A stretch of 64,000 nucleotides of DNA from an uncultured Clostridia bacterium (GTDB lineage Bacteria; Bacillota; Clostridia; TANB77; CAG-508), in the NCBI GenBank assembly GCA_944387445.1, contig CALXEX010000005.1, positions 15,257 to 79,256 of the forward strand, in the 5' to 3' direction. Positions 33,514 to 45,072 of the stretch are shown here, in pieces. Under the pieces are notes generated by a model. The model did not search any database. It saw nothing but the letters and a program-made list of their open reading frames with translations, and was not told the DNA's origin. Position 1 is the first letter of the stretch; every line of letters begins with the position of its first letter. Both the position numbers and the translations under genes were made by a program.

Positions 33514-34701
33514 ATGTACGAAATATTTGCAGATTTACATGTACACATAGGAAGAAGTGAAAATGGAAAACCAATAAAAATAACAGCAGCAAGATCTTTG
33601 AATTTTGCAAACATTGCAAAAGAATGTGCAGAAAGAAAAGGGATAAATGTTGTAGGCATTATTGATTGTGCCTCACCATATGTTATTGAGGATATTGAGA
33701 ATTTTTTAAAAACAGGGGATGCTTATGAATTAAAAGATGGAGGTATTATCTATAAAGATAAAGTTTGTATCCTTTTAGGAAGTGAAGTAGAAACTTCAGA
33801 AGAAGGAAGAAATGGAAAAAAAGGATCAGCACATAATATTTGTTTCTTTCCACATTTAACAGATATTAAAGGATTTTCAAACGAATTAAGTCATCATTTA
33901 AAAAATATTACATTGAGCACACAAAGGTCTGATTTATCAGGATATGATTTAATTGATATGGTAGAAAAATATAATGGAATTTTAATACCAGCACATATTT
34001 TTACACCATTTAAAAGCTATTATGGAAATTGTACAGACAGATTACAATATATATTTAAAGAAAAATATGATAAAATTTTTGCGGTAGAATTGGGCTTAAG
34101 CTCAGATACGTATTTGGCAGATATGATTTCAGAGCTAGAGAATAAGACATTTGTTACAAATTCAGATGCCCATTCTTTACCCAAAATTGCAAGAGAATAC
34201 AATAAAATGCAAGTAGAAGACATTTCATTTAAAGAAATTGTAAAAGCATTAAAAAACGAAGATGGAAGAAAAGTAATTGCCAATTATGGGTTAGACCCAA
34301 AACTTGGAAAATATCATAGAACATATTGTGATGATTGTGAAAGAGCAATAGAAACAAAAGAACCAGTAGAAGTTTGTCCATATTGTGGTGGAAAAAAGGT
34401 TACATTTGGTGTTTTTGATAGAATTGAATTAATTCGTGATAAACAAGAATCCCAAAGTCCAGAAAATAGACCACCATATGTATATCAAATACCATTAGGA
34501 TTTATTCCAGGAGTTGGTGGAAAAACCATTACAAAATTATTAGATACGTTTGATACAGAGATGAATATTTTACATAAATTATCAAAAGATGATATAGAAG
34601 CAGTTGTGGGAGAAAAAATTGCAGATACAATTGAAAAAGCAAGAAAGGGAGAATGTAAAGTACAATCTGGTGGTGGCGGAAACTATGGGAAAGTAGTTTA
34701 A
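33514..34701 (+). CDS. Endonuclease Q / YqxK (TIGR00375) PHP-family protein
   Basis: ADLHVH, PAHIFTP, ELGLSSD, NSDAHS, LGKYHRTYC..C, CPYCG. Confidence 0.85.
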   Translation: MYEIFADLHVHIGRSENGKPIKITAARSLNFANIAKECAERKGINVVGIIDCASPYVIEDIENFLKTGDAYELKDGGIIYKDKVCILLGSEVETSEEGRNGKKGSAHNICFFPHLTDIKGFSNELSHHLKNITLSTQRSDLSGYDLIDMVEKYNGILIPAHIFTPFKSYYGNCTDRLQYIFKEKYDKIFAVELGLSSDTYLADMISELENKTFVTNSDAHSLPKIAREYNKMQVEDISFKEIVKALKNEDGRKVIANYGLDPKLGKYHRTYCDDCERAIETKEPVEVCPYCGGKKVTFGVFDRIELIRDKQESQSPENRPPYVYQIPLGFIPGVGGKTITKLLDTFDTEMNILHKLSKDDIEAVVGEKIADTIEKARKGECKVQSGGGGNYGKVV

Positions 34702-34827
34702 TCGCTATGATTTGTAGCTTGTTTCTGACGAAGGAATTTTTTATTATCATGCGTTCCATAATTAAAAAATAGTTCTATAAATCTTCTTATCGAATACACA
34801 TTATGTATAAACGATAAGGAGATTTTT

Positions 34828-35466
34828 ATGAAAGAAAAGAAACAACTTAAAATATTAAAAATAATAAAAGAGCATGTGATGAATAATAAAAAAGACTATA
34901 TTATCATTTTTTTGATATTTGTCATTGGAATATTTAGTGGTGTGTTTTTTATGAATCATTTGCAAGAAACACCCAAGACAGAAATTACGAATTATTTAAA
35001 CCAGTTTATAGAAAAATTTAAAGGATTAGAAAAGGTAAATAACATGGAATTATTGAAAAATTCAGTAATTCAAAATATTGGATTAGCAATAATGATTTGG
35101 TTTTTTGGAACAACGGTCATTGGGATTCCTGTTGTATTTGCCATTGTTTTATATCGTGGGTTTTGTTTAGGATATACCATTTCGTTATGTATTACGATCA
35201 TGGGATTGGGAAAAGGGATTAGTTTCATATTAGTAGCAGTAATGTTACAAAACATTTTGTTGATTCCTGCAATTTTAGCATTAGCGGTTAGTGGAATCAA
35301 ATTATATAAATCCATTGTGAAAGATAAGACAAAGGAAAATGTTAAAATAGAGATTTTAAGACATACTGTATTTTCTACAATTATGTTAATCATAACAGTC
35401 ATGGCATCTGTGATAGAGGTATTTATGTCTATTAATATATTAAAGTTAGTTATTAAATATTTTTAA
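34828..35466 (+). CDS. spoIIM: Stage II sporulation protein M
   Basis: GIP..IVLYRGFCLGYTI, QNILLIP; upstream of xerD as in other Firmicutes. Confidence 0.88.
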   Translation: MKEKKQLKILKIIKEHVMNNKKDYIIIFLIFVIGIFSGVFFMNHLQETPKTEITNYLNQFIEKFKGLEKVNNMELLKNSVIQNIGLAIMIWFFGTTVIGIPVVFAIVLYRGFCLGYTISLCITIMGLGKGISFILVAVMLQNILLIPAILALAVSGIKLYKSIVKDKTKENVKIEILRHTVFSTIMLIITVMASVIEVFMSINILKLVIKYF

Positions 35467-35565
35467 AAAATATCAAAAAATGTATTTACTTTTTTTTAAT
35501 AGTTTGATATAACATATATAGTTTATGTAAATACAATTTAAAAAATATAGAGGTAGGGGAAAAAA

Positions 35566-36447
35566 ATGGAAAGACAACTAAAATTCTTTTTTAACTTTTT
35601 AGAGAATGATAAGAAATTATCAGAAAATACATTACAATCATACAAAAGAGATTTGAAGCAATTTAGAAAATATTTAGAGGAAAAGGGAATTCACTACAAC
35701 AGAGTAAAAGAAGAAGATATGCAAAATTATATAAAAGGACTACAAGAGCAAGGAAAAAAAGCATCAAGTATTTCTAGATGTATCGCATCAATTCGTTCTT
35801 TCTATCAATTTATATTAAAAAATAAAAAGATAAAAGTAGATCCAACAGCCAATATTCAATCTCCAAAAATAGAAAAAAGAACACCAAATGTATTGACAGC
35901 AAAAGAAGTAGAATTATTGTTAAAACAACCAGATAATGTTGACTTAAAAGGTATCAGAGATAAAGCAATGCTAGAATTTGCTTATGCAACAGGAATGAGA
36001 GTAACAGAAATTATTTCACTAAATATAGATGATGTTAACTTAGAAGAAGCATATGTTATCTGTAAAAATGGAAACAAACAAAGAATTATTCCACTTGGAT
36101 CAATGTCATTAAAAGCTTTAAAAGAATATATTGAGGAAGCAAGAGGAATCTTAATTAAAAATGAAGATGAAAAAGCGTTATTTGTTAACGTAAATGGTGG
36201 AAGACTTACAAGACAAGGATTCTGGAAGATTATTAAATTCTATAAAGAACAAGCACATATTACAAAAGATATCACACCACATGTATTAAGACATTCATTT
36301 GCAACACATTTGTTACAAAATGGTGCGGATTTAAGAGCCATTCAAACCATGCTTGGACATTCAGATATATCTTCTACACAAGTATATATGCAATTCCAAG
36401 ATGAAGGCTTAAGAGATATTTATAAAAAAGCACATCCAAGAGCTTAA
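35566..36447 (+). CDS. xerD: Tyrosine recombinase XerD
   Basis: RDKAMLEFAYATGMRVTE, LTRQGFWK, TPHVLRHSFATHLL, LGHSDISSTQVY. Confidence 0.9.
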   Translation: MERQLKFFFNFLENDKKLSENTLQSYKRDLKQFRKYLEEKGIHYNRVKEEDMQNYIKGLQEQGKKASSISRCIASIRSFYQFILKNKKIKVDPTANIQSPKIEKRTPNVLTAKEVELLLKQPDNVDLKGIRDKAMLEFAYATGMRVTEIISLNIDDVNLEEAYVICKNGNKQRIIPLGSMSLKALKEYIEEARGILIKNEDEKALFVNVNGGRLTRQGFWKIIKFYKEQAHITKDITPHVLRHSFATHLLQNGADLRAIQTMLGHSDISSTQVYMQFQDEGLRDIYKKAHPRA

Positions 36448-36498
36448 TGATTAAAAGATAGACAGCTATATAAAAAAATATAGCTGTTTTTTTGTTAT

Positions 36499-36749
36499 AA
36501 TTCACAGCTTAATCAATACCCTAGAGGCTTATGTTTTTTCTAGATTTCATAAATTTCTCGGCTCAATACAAATAATAAGAAACTCTAAAATCATTTTATG
36601 GCACCCTTTCACTTAGTCCTCGCTACGCTCGACGCGAACATTTTCCATAAAATGATTCAAGAGTTTCTAATTATTTTCCAATCACATTCGAAATTTTATT
36701 ACATCTAGAAAAAACATAAGCCTCTAGGGTATTGATTAAGCTGTGAATT
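36499..36749. repeat. MITE-like nested palindromic element with 47-bp perfect terminal inverted repeats
   Basis: 36499-36545 is the exact reverse complement of 36703-36749; internal hairpin core recurs inverted at 51167-51282. Confidence 0.8.
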
Positions 36750-36885
36750 GTAACGTTTTTTGTCCTTATTTGCTGATAAATTTAAAATTACTTGTATAAA
36801 CAATAAGAGATATGATAAAATATCACCTATGAGAAGTTTAACCTTATTATATAGGAAAAAAACAAAAAATGAAAAGGTGGGAGAA

Positions 36886-37779
36886 ATGAAAAAAACAATC
36901 ATACTAAGAATATTTGTAGGAATATTGGCTCTATGTCTTTGTATTTTGGCATTAACAATTGCATATTTTTTTAATACAGATATTCAAACGAAAGAGCCAA
37001 GACAAGTTTCAGCAGACTGCGAAATACATACATATACATATATGGAAAGAAATATATTTACGGTTACTAAAAAAAATGCTGAAGAAATCGGTAATCAAAA
37101 ATATATCGTATATTTTCATGGTGGTTCTTATGTGGCAGAAGCTACACAAAATCATTGGGATTTTTTAGAAGATATTGTAAAAGATACAGGATATACCGTT
37201 ATTATGCCAGATTATCCGCTAACGCCTAAATATCATTATCAAGATGTATACAATATGGTAGAGCCATTATATAAAGAAATTATAGAAACGGTTGGAAATG
37301 AAAATGTAATTTTAATGGGAGATTCAGCAGGAGGTGGTTTAGCGCTTGGATTATATGAAAAAATGGCAGAAGAAGCAGTAGCACTTCCTAGCAAAACAAT
37401 TTTAATTTCGCCATGGTTAGATGTAAAATTAGAAAATGAAAATATACGAGAAATCGAAAAACAAGATACCATTTTAAATAAAGAAACCTTAAGATTAGCA
37501 GGGATTGCTTATGCAGGAAATGATGGAATTAATAGTTATTTGGTAAATCCAATAGAGGGAGATGCATCTACATTTCAAAATGTCAAAATATTCATTGGAA
37601 CAAAAGATATATTAAATCCAGATTGTCATTTGTTAAAAGAAAAAGCAGATCAAGTAAATGGTGAGGTAGAAATCAAAGAATATGAAAATGCAAAACATAT
37701 TTGGATAATTGATCATAATTCTGAAGAAGAAGTTACTAAGCAAGCATATAATGATGTTATAGAAGAATTAAAAAATTGA
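36886..37779 (+). CDS. Alpha/beta hydrolase (HSL-family esterase), N-terminal membrane anchor
   Basis: HGGSY oxyanion motif, GDSAGG nucleophile motif. Confidence 0.88.
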   Translation: MKKTIILRIFVGILALCLCILALTIAYFFNTDIQTKEPRQVSADCEIHTYTYMERNIFTVTKKNAEEIGNQKYIVYFHGGSYVAEATQNHWDFLEDIVKDTGYTVIMPDYPLTPKYHYQDVYNMVEPLYKEIIETVGNENVILMGDSAGGGLALGLYEKMAEEAVALPSKTILISPWLDVKLENENIREIEKQDTILNKETLRLAGIAYAGNDGINSYLVNPIEGDASTFQNVKIFIGTKDILNPDCHLLKEKADQVNGEVEIKEYENAKHIWIIDHNSEEEVTKQAYNDVIEELKN

Positions 37780-37875
37780 TAAGGAGAAAGGTTGAAAAAG
37801 AATTACAATTTTGGCTGTGACAGAAATTAATTTTTTTACAACCGAGTTAGTGCCTTTGAGAGGAATGGTAAGAAA

Positions 37876-39171
37876 ATGAATGATAAAAAAGAAAAATTAT
37901 ATTGGAGAAGATTAGATAATTCGGCCAAGATATTTCCCATATCTGCTGGAAAAAAATATAGTACTGTTTTTAGATTATCTGTTGTGTTAAAAGAACTTAT
38001 CCAACCAGATATACTAGCAATAGCAGTAGAAAAAGCATTAGAACAATATGAATTTTTTAGAGTTCGTTTAAAAAATGGATTTTTTTGGAACTATCTAGAA
38101 TATAATCCCAAAAAACCAATTGTAGAACAAGAGAAAGAATATCCTTGTAAATATATAGAACCAAAAGAAAATAATCAATATTTATTTAAAGTTACCTATT
38201 TTGATAAGAAAATAAATATTGATATATTTCATTCCTTAACAGATGGAAATAGTGGAATTATGTTTTTTAGAGAGATTGTCTATAATTATATTGAATTATC
38301 ACACAAAGAAGAATTTCAAGAAGAATTAAGAATCAAAAGAAAATTTGATATATCAACAGAAGATAGTTATATAAAAAATTATAATAAAAAAGCGAAGGGA
38401 AATAATTCAGCAAAAAGAGCGTATAAATTAGCAGGAAGAAAAATAAAGTTAGGTGCGATTTCAGCGATACATGAAATCATTGATTTGCAAGAATTAAAAC
38501 AAGAAGCAAAAGCACATAATGCAACAATCACACAATACTTAACAGCGGTTTTAATTTATGCCATTTATCAAGCCAATTATTTGAAAAATAAAGGAAAAAA
38601 GCCAATAAAAGTATGTATACCAGTTAATTTAAAAAAATATTTTCCTTCTAATACAATTTCTAATTTCTTTTCCTATATCACCGTAGAAGCAGAAATGCAA
38701 AAAGATCATTTAGATACATTTGATAAAATATTAGATTTTGTAAAAAAAGATTTTGAAAGAAAATTAACTCCAGAAGAAATTCAAAAAACAATGTCTGGAA
38801 ATGTAAAACTAGGAACCAATTTATTCATTAAAATGATACCATTGGTATTAAAAAAGCCAATTGTCAGGTTAAGTTATCTAGAAATTCGAAAATATACAAC
38901 AACAACTTTTTCGAATATAGGAAGAATTGGTATAATAGGTAAATATCAAAAATATATAGAAGATTTTTTGATGTTAATTGCACCTGAACCAGTAGAAAAA
39001 ATTAAATGTTCTGCATGTTCATTTGAAAATCACATTGTATTTACCTTTACATCAATTTTAGATGATTGCAGTATAGAAAAAGCATTTTATCAATTTTTAA
39101 CAGAAAAACATATTCAGGTAAAAATAGAAAGCAATGAAATTTTAGATATCAAAAATGGTGAAGAGCCATAA
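37876..39171 (+). CDS. Alcohol acetyltransferase / condensation-domain acyltransferase
   Basis: LDNSAKIFP, HSLTDG (HxxxDG), FSNIG. Confidence 0.75.
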   Translation: MNDKKEKLYWRRLDNSAKIFPISAGKKYSTVFRLSVVLKELIQPDILAIAVEKALEQYEFFRVRLKNGFFWNYLEYNPKKPIVEQEKEYPCKYIEPKENNQYLFKVTYFDKKINIDIFHSLTDGNSGIMFFREIVYNYIELSHKEEFQEELRIKRKFDISTEDSYIKNYNKKAKGNNSAKRAYKLAGRKIKLGAISAIHEIIDLQELKQEAKAHNATITQYLTAVLIYAIYQANYLKNKGKKPIKVCIPVNLKKYFPSNTISNFFSYITVEAEMQKDHLDTFDKILDFVKKDFERKLTPEEIQKTMSGNVKLGTNLFIKMIPLVLKKPIVRLSYLEIRKYTTTTFSNIGRIGIIGKYQKYIEDFLMLIAPEPVEKIKCSACSFENHIVFTFTSILDDCSIEKAFYQFLTEKHIQVKIESNEILDIKNGEEP

Positions 39172-39204
39172 GGATGAAAGAGATAAATAAGAAAGGAAGT
39201 ACTT

Positions 39205-39768
39205 ATGTTATATCCTAAAAAATTAAGTAGTAAAAAAAGTAATTTATTGATTAAAATATTATTAGGTGTTTCATTGATAATTGCGATTATATTGACAATT
39301 ATCAACAAGCTAACAACACCTGAAATTCATTGGGCAGAACTTGCTATTAGTGGAATTATCTATATTTGGATAACAGTTCGATATTCAATCAATAAAAGAA
39401 CCAATATTGCAGGCCATGTTATGATACAAGCAATTGCTATTTCACTTTTAACAACATATATAGATTATAATTTTGGATTTAAAGGGTGGTCTTTAGAAAT
39501 TTCAATTCCGATTATTATTATGATAGCGAATGTAACAATGTTAGTATTAACCATAGTCAGTCATAGAAAATATGTAAGATATGCTATATATCAATTGATG
39601 ATTTGTATATATAGTTTGATACCAATTTATTTTATACAAGAAGAATTGATTGATAATTATGTTTTAAGTTATGTAGCTATTGGTATTTCTATTGTGAATT
39701 TCATATTAACCATTATTCTTTCGGCAAGAGATGTGAAAGAAGCAGTTATAAGAAAGTTTCATATGTAA
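39205..39768 (+). CDS. DUF6320-like membrane protein
   Basis: Multi-TM, GFKGWSL, C-terminal RKFHM; typical neighbour of the acyltransferase. Confidence 0.6.
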   Translation: MLYPKKLSSKKSNLLIKILLGVSLIIAIILTIINKLTTPEIHWAELAISGIIYIWITVRYSINKRTNIAGHVMIQAIAISLLTTYIDYNFGFKGWSLEISIPIIIMIANVTMLVLTIVSHRKYVRYAIYQLMICIYSLIPIYFIQEELIDNYVLSYVAIGISIVNFILTIILSARDVKEAVIRKFHM

Positions 39769-40405
39769 AATATGGATGTAAAACAAAGAGACGTCAACTA
39801 TTCTGACGTCCCTTTGTTTTTCGATTTTTTTATCAGTACTACTTGATAAATATTAAAGTTCATGATATATTATTAACATAATTATTTATAATTAAATTCA
39901 AAAAGATTAAATCAGAAGTTTATTTCTAAAAATTTCAGAATAAAAAGTATAAGTTAGTATTTAGCAAAACATAAGTTTACATGAGATAGTATATAAAAAT
40001 TAGAATGTTTGTTATTCTACTATATATTTTTAACTATTTTTTGTTATTAAAGATTTAATTTCATAGTTTAGAAATCAAATATTTTATAATTCAAATCGTT
40101 TCCAATAAAGAATAAATTTTTTAGAAGTATTTTGCAATATTTTATAATTCAAATTTTTAAACCTTAAAAATCTTAAATGGCAGTTTAATTATAAGTAATT
40201 ATAAATTAATAACAAGGAGGAATTTAATGGACAAAAAAGGAAAGAATCTTGTATTACTGGTCAAGAATTTATGGAAAAAATTTAAAAGGAAGTGATGATT
40301 ATAGAGGAAGATGAAAGACAAATTATCTTGACAGAACATTTAGAGTTACATATAATAGAGGCAAGGAAAAAAATTAGGGCGTATAATTGAGAGTAGGGGT
40401 GAAAT

Positions 40406-41984
40406 ATGAAATCTAATATTTTTAAATATATATTTATTATATTTGTTATTATTCTTGTTATTGTAGCATTTTTTGTTATCAGAAATAACGAAAATGAACA
40501 AGAAACGCAAGAAGAAACAACAGGTACAGAAAAAGAGATTGTAAGACAAATTCGATTAGGAATTGCACAATGTGATACATTAAATCCATTATTGACAACT
40601 AATAAAAATGTTCAGGATATTACAAAATTGATTTATGAACCCTTAGTAGATATATCTTCAGATTATAAGGCAACACCAGCTTTAGCTACAGAATGGGCCA
40701 AACAAGATGCAACTACGTATATTATTAAATTAAGAGAAAATGTCAAATGGTCAAATGGAGATAGATTTACGTCAAATGATGTTCAATTTACTTATGATAA
40801 ATTAAAGGAAAATTCCTCAATATATTCTAGTAACTTAGAACATGTAACTATGTTAGAAGTTGTTGATGATTATATGGTAAAAATGTATTTAGATCAAGAA
40901 GTATCTTTTTTTGAATATTATTTAACATTCCCAATATTGCCTAAAACATTTTATGATACGCAAGATTATTATAATACAGGTATTGTACCAGTAGGAACAG
41001 GAAAATACAAAGTGGAAAATGTGCAAGAAAACTATATAACACTTACGAAAAATACGAACTGGTGGGATAGAGACACGGAATTGTCATTAGAGGAAATCAC
41101 AGTTAATGTGTATGATTCTGTAGGAGAGTTATATAATGCTTTTAAATTAGGAAATGTAGATATGGTTAGTACAAGCAATATGAATATACAAGACTATATA
41201 GGAACCATGGGATATAGTACAAAAGAAATAAAAGGAAGAGAACATGATTTCTTGGTTTTAAATACACAAAATACATTATTAGCAAATCAAGAAGTAAGAA
41301 GAGCAATTGCTTATTCAATTGATAAAAATAATATTGTATCAAATGTTTTTCAAAATAAATATTATACATCAAGTTTTCCACTAGACTTTGGTTCATGGGT
41401 ATATCAAGAACAAGATGCAAGTTCTGGATATAATCCTGAACAGGCAAATCAACTTTTAACAGAAAATGGTTGGAGTTATAGAAACAGCAATTGGCAAAAA
41501 ACAATAAGTGGAAGAACACAAAGAATACAATTAAATCTTATTGTAAAAGCATCAAATAGTACACAAGTATCTGTGGCAGACAATATAAGAACCCAATTAG
41601 CAAATCAAGGAATTAGAATTAATATTCAACAATATTCTGATGAGCAATATAATCTTGCTATACAAAATAAATCTTATGATATGATTTTATGTAGTATGAA
41701 TTTATCACCAAATCCAGACATGTCATTATTTTTTGGAGAAGGAAATTTAGCGAATTATACCAATGAAGAAGTTACAAATTTAATGAATGAAGTAAAAAAT
41801 ACAACAGATGAAGAAACAATCAAAAATGACTATTCAAGATTAGCAGAAATTTATAAAACAGATATACCATATATTAGTTTATATACCAATAAACATACAA
41901 TAGCATATAATACAGAATTGGTAGGAGAAATTGAATCAAATTGGTTTAATCCTTTTTGTCGGAATAGAAACATGGTATAAATAA
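40406..41984 (+). CDS. ABC peptide/nickel solute-binding protein family 5 (C-terminus needs +1 at CGG 41960)
   Basis: TLNPL, IYEPL, LRENVKWSNG, PVGTGKYK. Frame 0 ends CRNRNMV*; the +1 frame gives C-GIETWYK*. Confidence 0.8.
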
Positions 41985-42012
41985 TGATAATAAAAAATTT
42001 TTAAAATAAGTA

Positions 42013-42062
42013 TTGACAAAACAAATTTTTGATATATAATAACAATATCAAACAAAAGTTCA
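42013..42062 (+). promoter_or_regulatory. recA SigA promoter with LexA-like box
   Basis: TTGACA 42013-18, TATAAT 42035-40, CAAAC-AAAA-GTTCA 42049-62. Confidence 0.65.
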
Positions 42063-42082
42063 AGTAAATGAGGAGGAAAATT

Positions 42083-43138
42083 ATGAGTGAGAATGCAGAA
42101 AAAAAGAAAGCGCTAGAAGCAGCAATGAGTCAAATAGAAAAACAATTTGGTAAAGGTTCTGTTATGAAATTAGGAGAATTTAAGGCAATGGAAATAGAGG
42201 CAATTCCAACAGGTGCTTTAAGCTTAGACATTGCATTGGGAATTGGTGGAGTACCTAGAGGAAGAATTATAGAAGTATTTGGACCAGAATCTTCTGGTAA
42301 AACAACATTGGCATTACATATTATTGCAGAAGCACAAAAAATGGGAGGAGAAGCAGCATTTATTGATGCAGAGCATGCTTTAGACCCAGTTTATGCAAAA
42401 AAATTAGGGGTAGATATCGATAATTTAATTGTATCTCAACCAGATACAGGAGAACAAGCACTAGAAATAACAGAAAGTTTAGTAAGAAGTGGAGCACTAG
42501 ATGTTATTGTCGTAGACTCTGTAGCAGCATTGGTTCCAAAAGCAGAAATTGATGGTGACATGGGAGATTCACACATGGGATTACAAGCAAGACTTATGTC
42601 ACAAGCACTAAGAAAATTAGCAGGAGCAATTAATAAATCTAAAACCGTATTAATTTTTATTAACCAATTAAGAGAAAAAATAGGTGTTATGTTTGGAAAT
42701 CCAGAGACGACAACAGGTGGTAGAGCATTAAAATTTTATGCCTCTGTTAGAATGGATATTAGAAAAATAGAAAACATTAAACAAGATGGAGAAGTAAAAG
42801 GAAATAGAGTAAGAGTAAAAGTTATCAAAAATAAAGTGGCACCACCATTTAGAGAAGCAGAATTTGATATCATTTATGGAGAAGGAATTTCCAAAGAAGG
42901 AAATATCCTAGATATGGCAGTTAACTTAGACATTGTAGAAAAGGCAGGTTCTTGGTTTAGCTATAATGGAGAAAGAATTGGACAAGGAAGAGAAAATGTT
43001 AAAAAATACTTAAAAGAAAATCCAAAAATGTTAGAAGAAATAGAAGGAAAAGTAAGACAAGATTTTGAAAAAGTATTTGAAGAAAGTCTAGGAGAAGAAT
43101 TACCTGAAATTGATATGGATGATGATGAAGAAGAATAA
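42083..43138 (+). CDS. recA: Recombinase A
   Basis: [33 protein letters not shown]; GAGGAGG RBS. Confidence 0.98.
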   Translation: MSENAEKKKALEAAMSQIEKQFGKGSVMKLGEFKAMEIEAIPTGALSLDIALGIGGVPRGRIIEVFGPESSGKTTLALHIIAEAQKMGGEAAFIDAEHALDPVYAKKLGVDIDNLIVSQPDTGEQALEITESLVRSGALDVIVVDSVAALVPKAEIDGDMGDSHMGLQARLMSQALRKLAGAINKSKTVLIFINQLREKIGVMFGNPETTTGGRALKFYASVRMDIRKIENIKQDGEVKGNRVRVKVIKNKVAPPFREAEFDIIYGEGISKEGNILDMAVNLDIVEKAGSWFSYNGERIGQGRENVKKYLKENPKMLEEIEGKVRQDFEKVFEESLGEELPEIDMDDDEEE

Positions 43139-43277
43139 AAACAAAAAAAGGGGGATACAATGTATCTCCTTTTCCTTATAATTTGTGGTTGCTATTTTAA
43201 AATCTTTATAGTAAAATAGAAAAAAAGTATGCTATATGCAAAATGAAAGATTTCTATACAAACAAAAAGGAGAAAAA

Positions 43278-43748
43278 ATGGAAGAACGATATAGAACTTT
43301 ATCAGCAGTTATGTTGATGTTAATCAGAGAAAACAATGGAAAAGAAGAAATTTTATTGCAAAAAAGAAAAAATACGGGATATATGGATGGCTATTGGGAT
43401 TATTCAGCAACTGGACATGTTGAAAATATGGAGAGTATGAAAATGGCAATGCAAAGAGAAGCAAAAGAAGAATTGTGCATTGATATTGCTATAGAAGATT
43501 TGGAATTTGTTTCATTAATTCATAAAATCAATGGGATTGATACCATATACTATAATGGATATTTTAAAGCACAAAAATGGAAGGGAAATCCAAAAATTGG
43601 GGAACCAAACAAGGATGAGGAGATAAAATGGTTTGATATTCATAATCTTCCAGAAAATTTAATTGATGACAGAAAGAATGCTATGGAAAATTATATACAA
43701 AAAATACCATATAGTGAATTTGGTTGGAATGAAAGAAAACAAAGGTAA
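43278..43748 (+). CDS. NUDIX hydrolase
   Basis: GHVENMESMKMAMQREAKEEL Nudix box. Confidence 0.85.
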   Translation: MEERYRTLSAVMLMLIRENNGKEEILLQKRKNTGYMDGYWDYSATGHVENMESMKMAMQREAKEELCIDIAIEDLEFVSLIHKINGIDTIYYNGYFKAQKWKGNPKIGEPNKDEEIKWFDIHNLPENLIDDRKNAMENYIQKIPYSEFGWNERKQR

Positions 43749-43750
43749 AG

Positions 43751-44632
43751 GTGGATGTTATGATAAAATTACTTGCAAGTGATTTAGATGGAACAATTGT
43801 GTACAATAATGAGATAACGACAATGGATTTGGAAGCAGTAAAAAAATTGAGACTAACAGATATTCAATTTGTTGTTTGTACAGGAAAAACATATGCAATG
43901 ACAAAAGACATATGTCATCAATTAAAACCAACATATGGGATTTTTGGAAATGGAACACAAATTATCAATATAAAAACAGGTAAAGAAATTATTAGAAATA
44001 CCATAACAAATGCACAAGTGATGGATTGTTTGAAAATTGCTAAAAAACATCATTTACATATACATATTTATACAGAACATAAAATTATTGCACAAGAAAA
44101 TTTAGACTATATGGCTTATAGAAATTATATTTTATACAAAGATCAGGTAGAATTTGAAATAGTGGATTCTATAGAAAATTATATAAGAGAACAAAATCCC
44201 AATATATTAAAATTGATATTATCAGGGGAAAAAGAATTGCTAACTATAAAAAGAGAAATTGAATCCAAAGAAAAGGTAACTGCAATACGAATAAAAAAAT
44301 GTGGAAAATATATTGATAAAGTTGTTGGTAAAGAATATGAATATTTGGATATTGTACCTAGGCATATAACAAAATATCATGCTTTAATGCAATTAAGTAT
44401 ATATTTAGGGATACCAATGGAACAAATTATGGCAATAGGAGATAATATCAATGATATAGAAATGATAAAACATGCTGGAATTGGAGTAGCAATAGGAGGT
44501 AGTTATAAAAGAGTACAAAATATTGCTTCTTATGTAACTCAAAATACAGTAAAAACAGGAGGATTTGCAGAAGCAATTGATAAATTTCTAATAGAAACAA
44601 GGAGTGAATATGTATACAGTAGAAGAATTTGA
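43751..44632 (+). CDS. Cof-type HAD hydrolase
   Basis: DLDGT, CTGK, GDNINDIEM. Confidence 0.88.
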   Translation: MDVMIKLLASDLDGTIVYNNEITTMDLEAVKKLRLTDIQFVVCTGKTYAMTKDICHQLKPTYGIFGNGTQIINIKTGKEIIRNTITNAQVMDCLKIAKKHHLHIHIYTEHKIIAQENLDYMAYRNYILYKDQVEFEIVDSIENYIREQNPNILKLILSGEKELLTIKREIESKEKVTAIRIKKCGKYIDKVVGKEYEYLDIVPRHITKYHALMQLSIYLGIPMEQIMAIGDNINDIEMIKHAGIGVAIGGSYKRVQNIASYVTQNTVKTGGFAEAIDKFLIETRSEYVYSRRI

Positions 44633-45056
44633 TAAAGAAAAAACAAAAGTATTAAAATATGTATTATATAAAAAAAGAAGTGAAAATGAAATTAGAAAAA
44701 AATTTGGAAATGAAATAGAAGAAAATTTGCTAGAGGATATTATTGCCTATTTAAAAGAAGCAAAATATATAGATGATAAAGAATATATTAGAAAAACAAT
44801 CAATAATTTTATGGCTTTAAAAAATCTATCTATACGAGAGATAGAATATAAATTATATAGCAAAGGAATCAAAAAAGAAGATATAGAAGATTATATTTAT
44901 GAAAATAAAGAAGAATTAAATCAATATGAAATGAAATCAGCTAGAAATATAGCTAATAAAAAAATAACATCATTAGAATTAGAAGAAATTAAACAATATT
45001 TAATGAAAAAAGGATATAAAAGAGAAAATATAGCTATTGCATTAGAAGATATATAA
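44604..45056 (+). CDS. recX: RecX family regulator
   Basis: RSENEIRKK, YIDDKEY, YLMKKGY; downstream of recA. Confidence 0.75.
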   Translation: MNMYTVEEFDKEKTKVLKYVLYKKRSENEIRKKFGNEIEENLLEDIIAYLKEAKYIDDKEYIRKTINNFMALKNLSIREIEYKLYSKGIKKEDIEDYIYENKEELNQYEMKSARNIANKKITSLELEEIKQYLMKKGYKRENIAIALEDI

Positions 45057-45072
45057 GAAGAGGAGAGAGACC

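Noticed and set aside
35566-36447. Tyrosine recombinase as phage/ICE integrase
   Set aside because: Sequence and spoIIM-xerD context match housekeeping XerD; no att sites or mobile genes nearby.
36499-36749. CRISPR array
   Set aside because: The repeats are inverted, not direct repeats with spacers; no cas genes.
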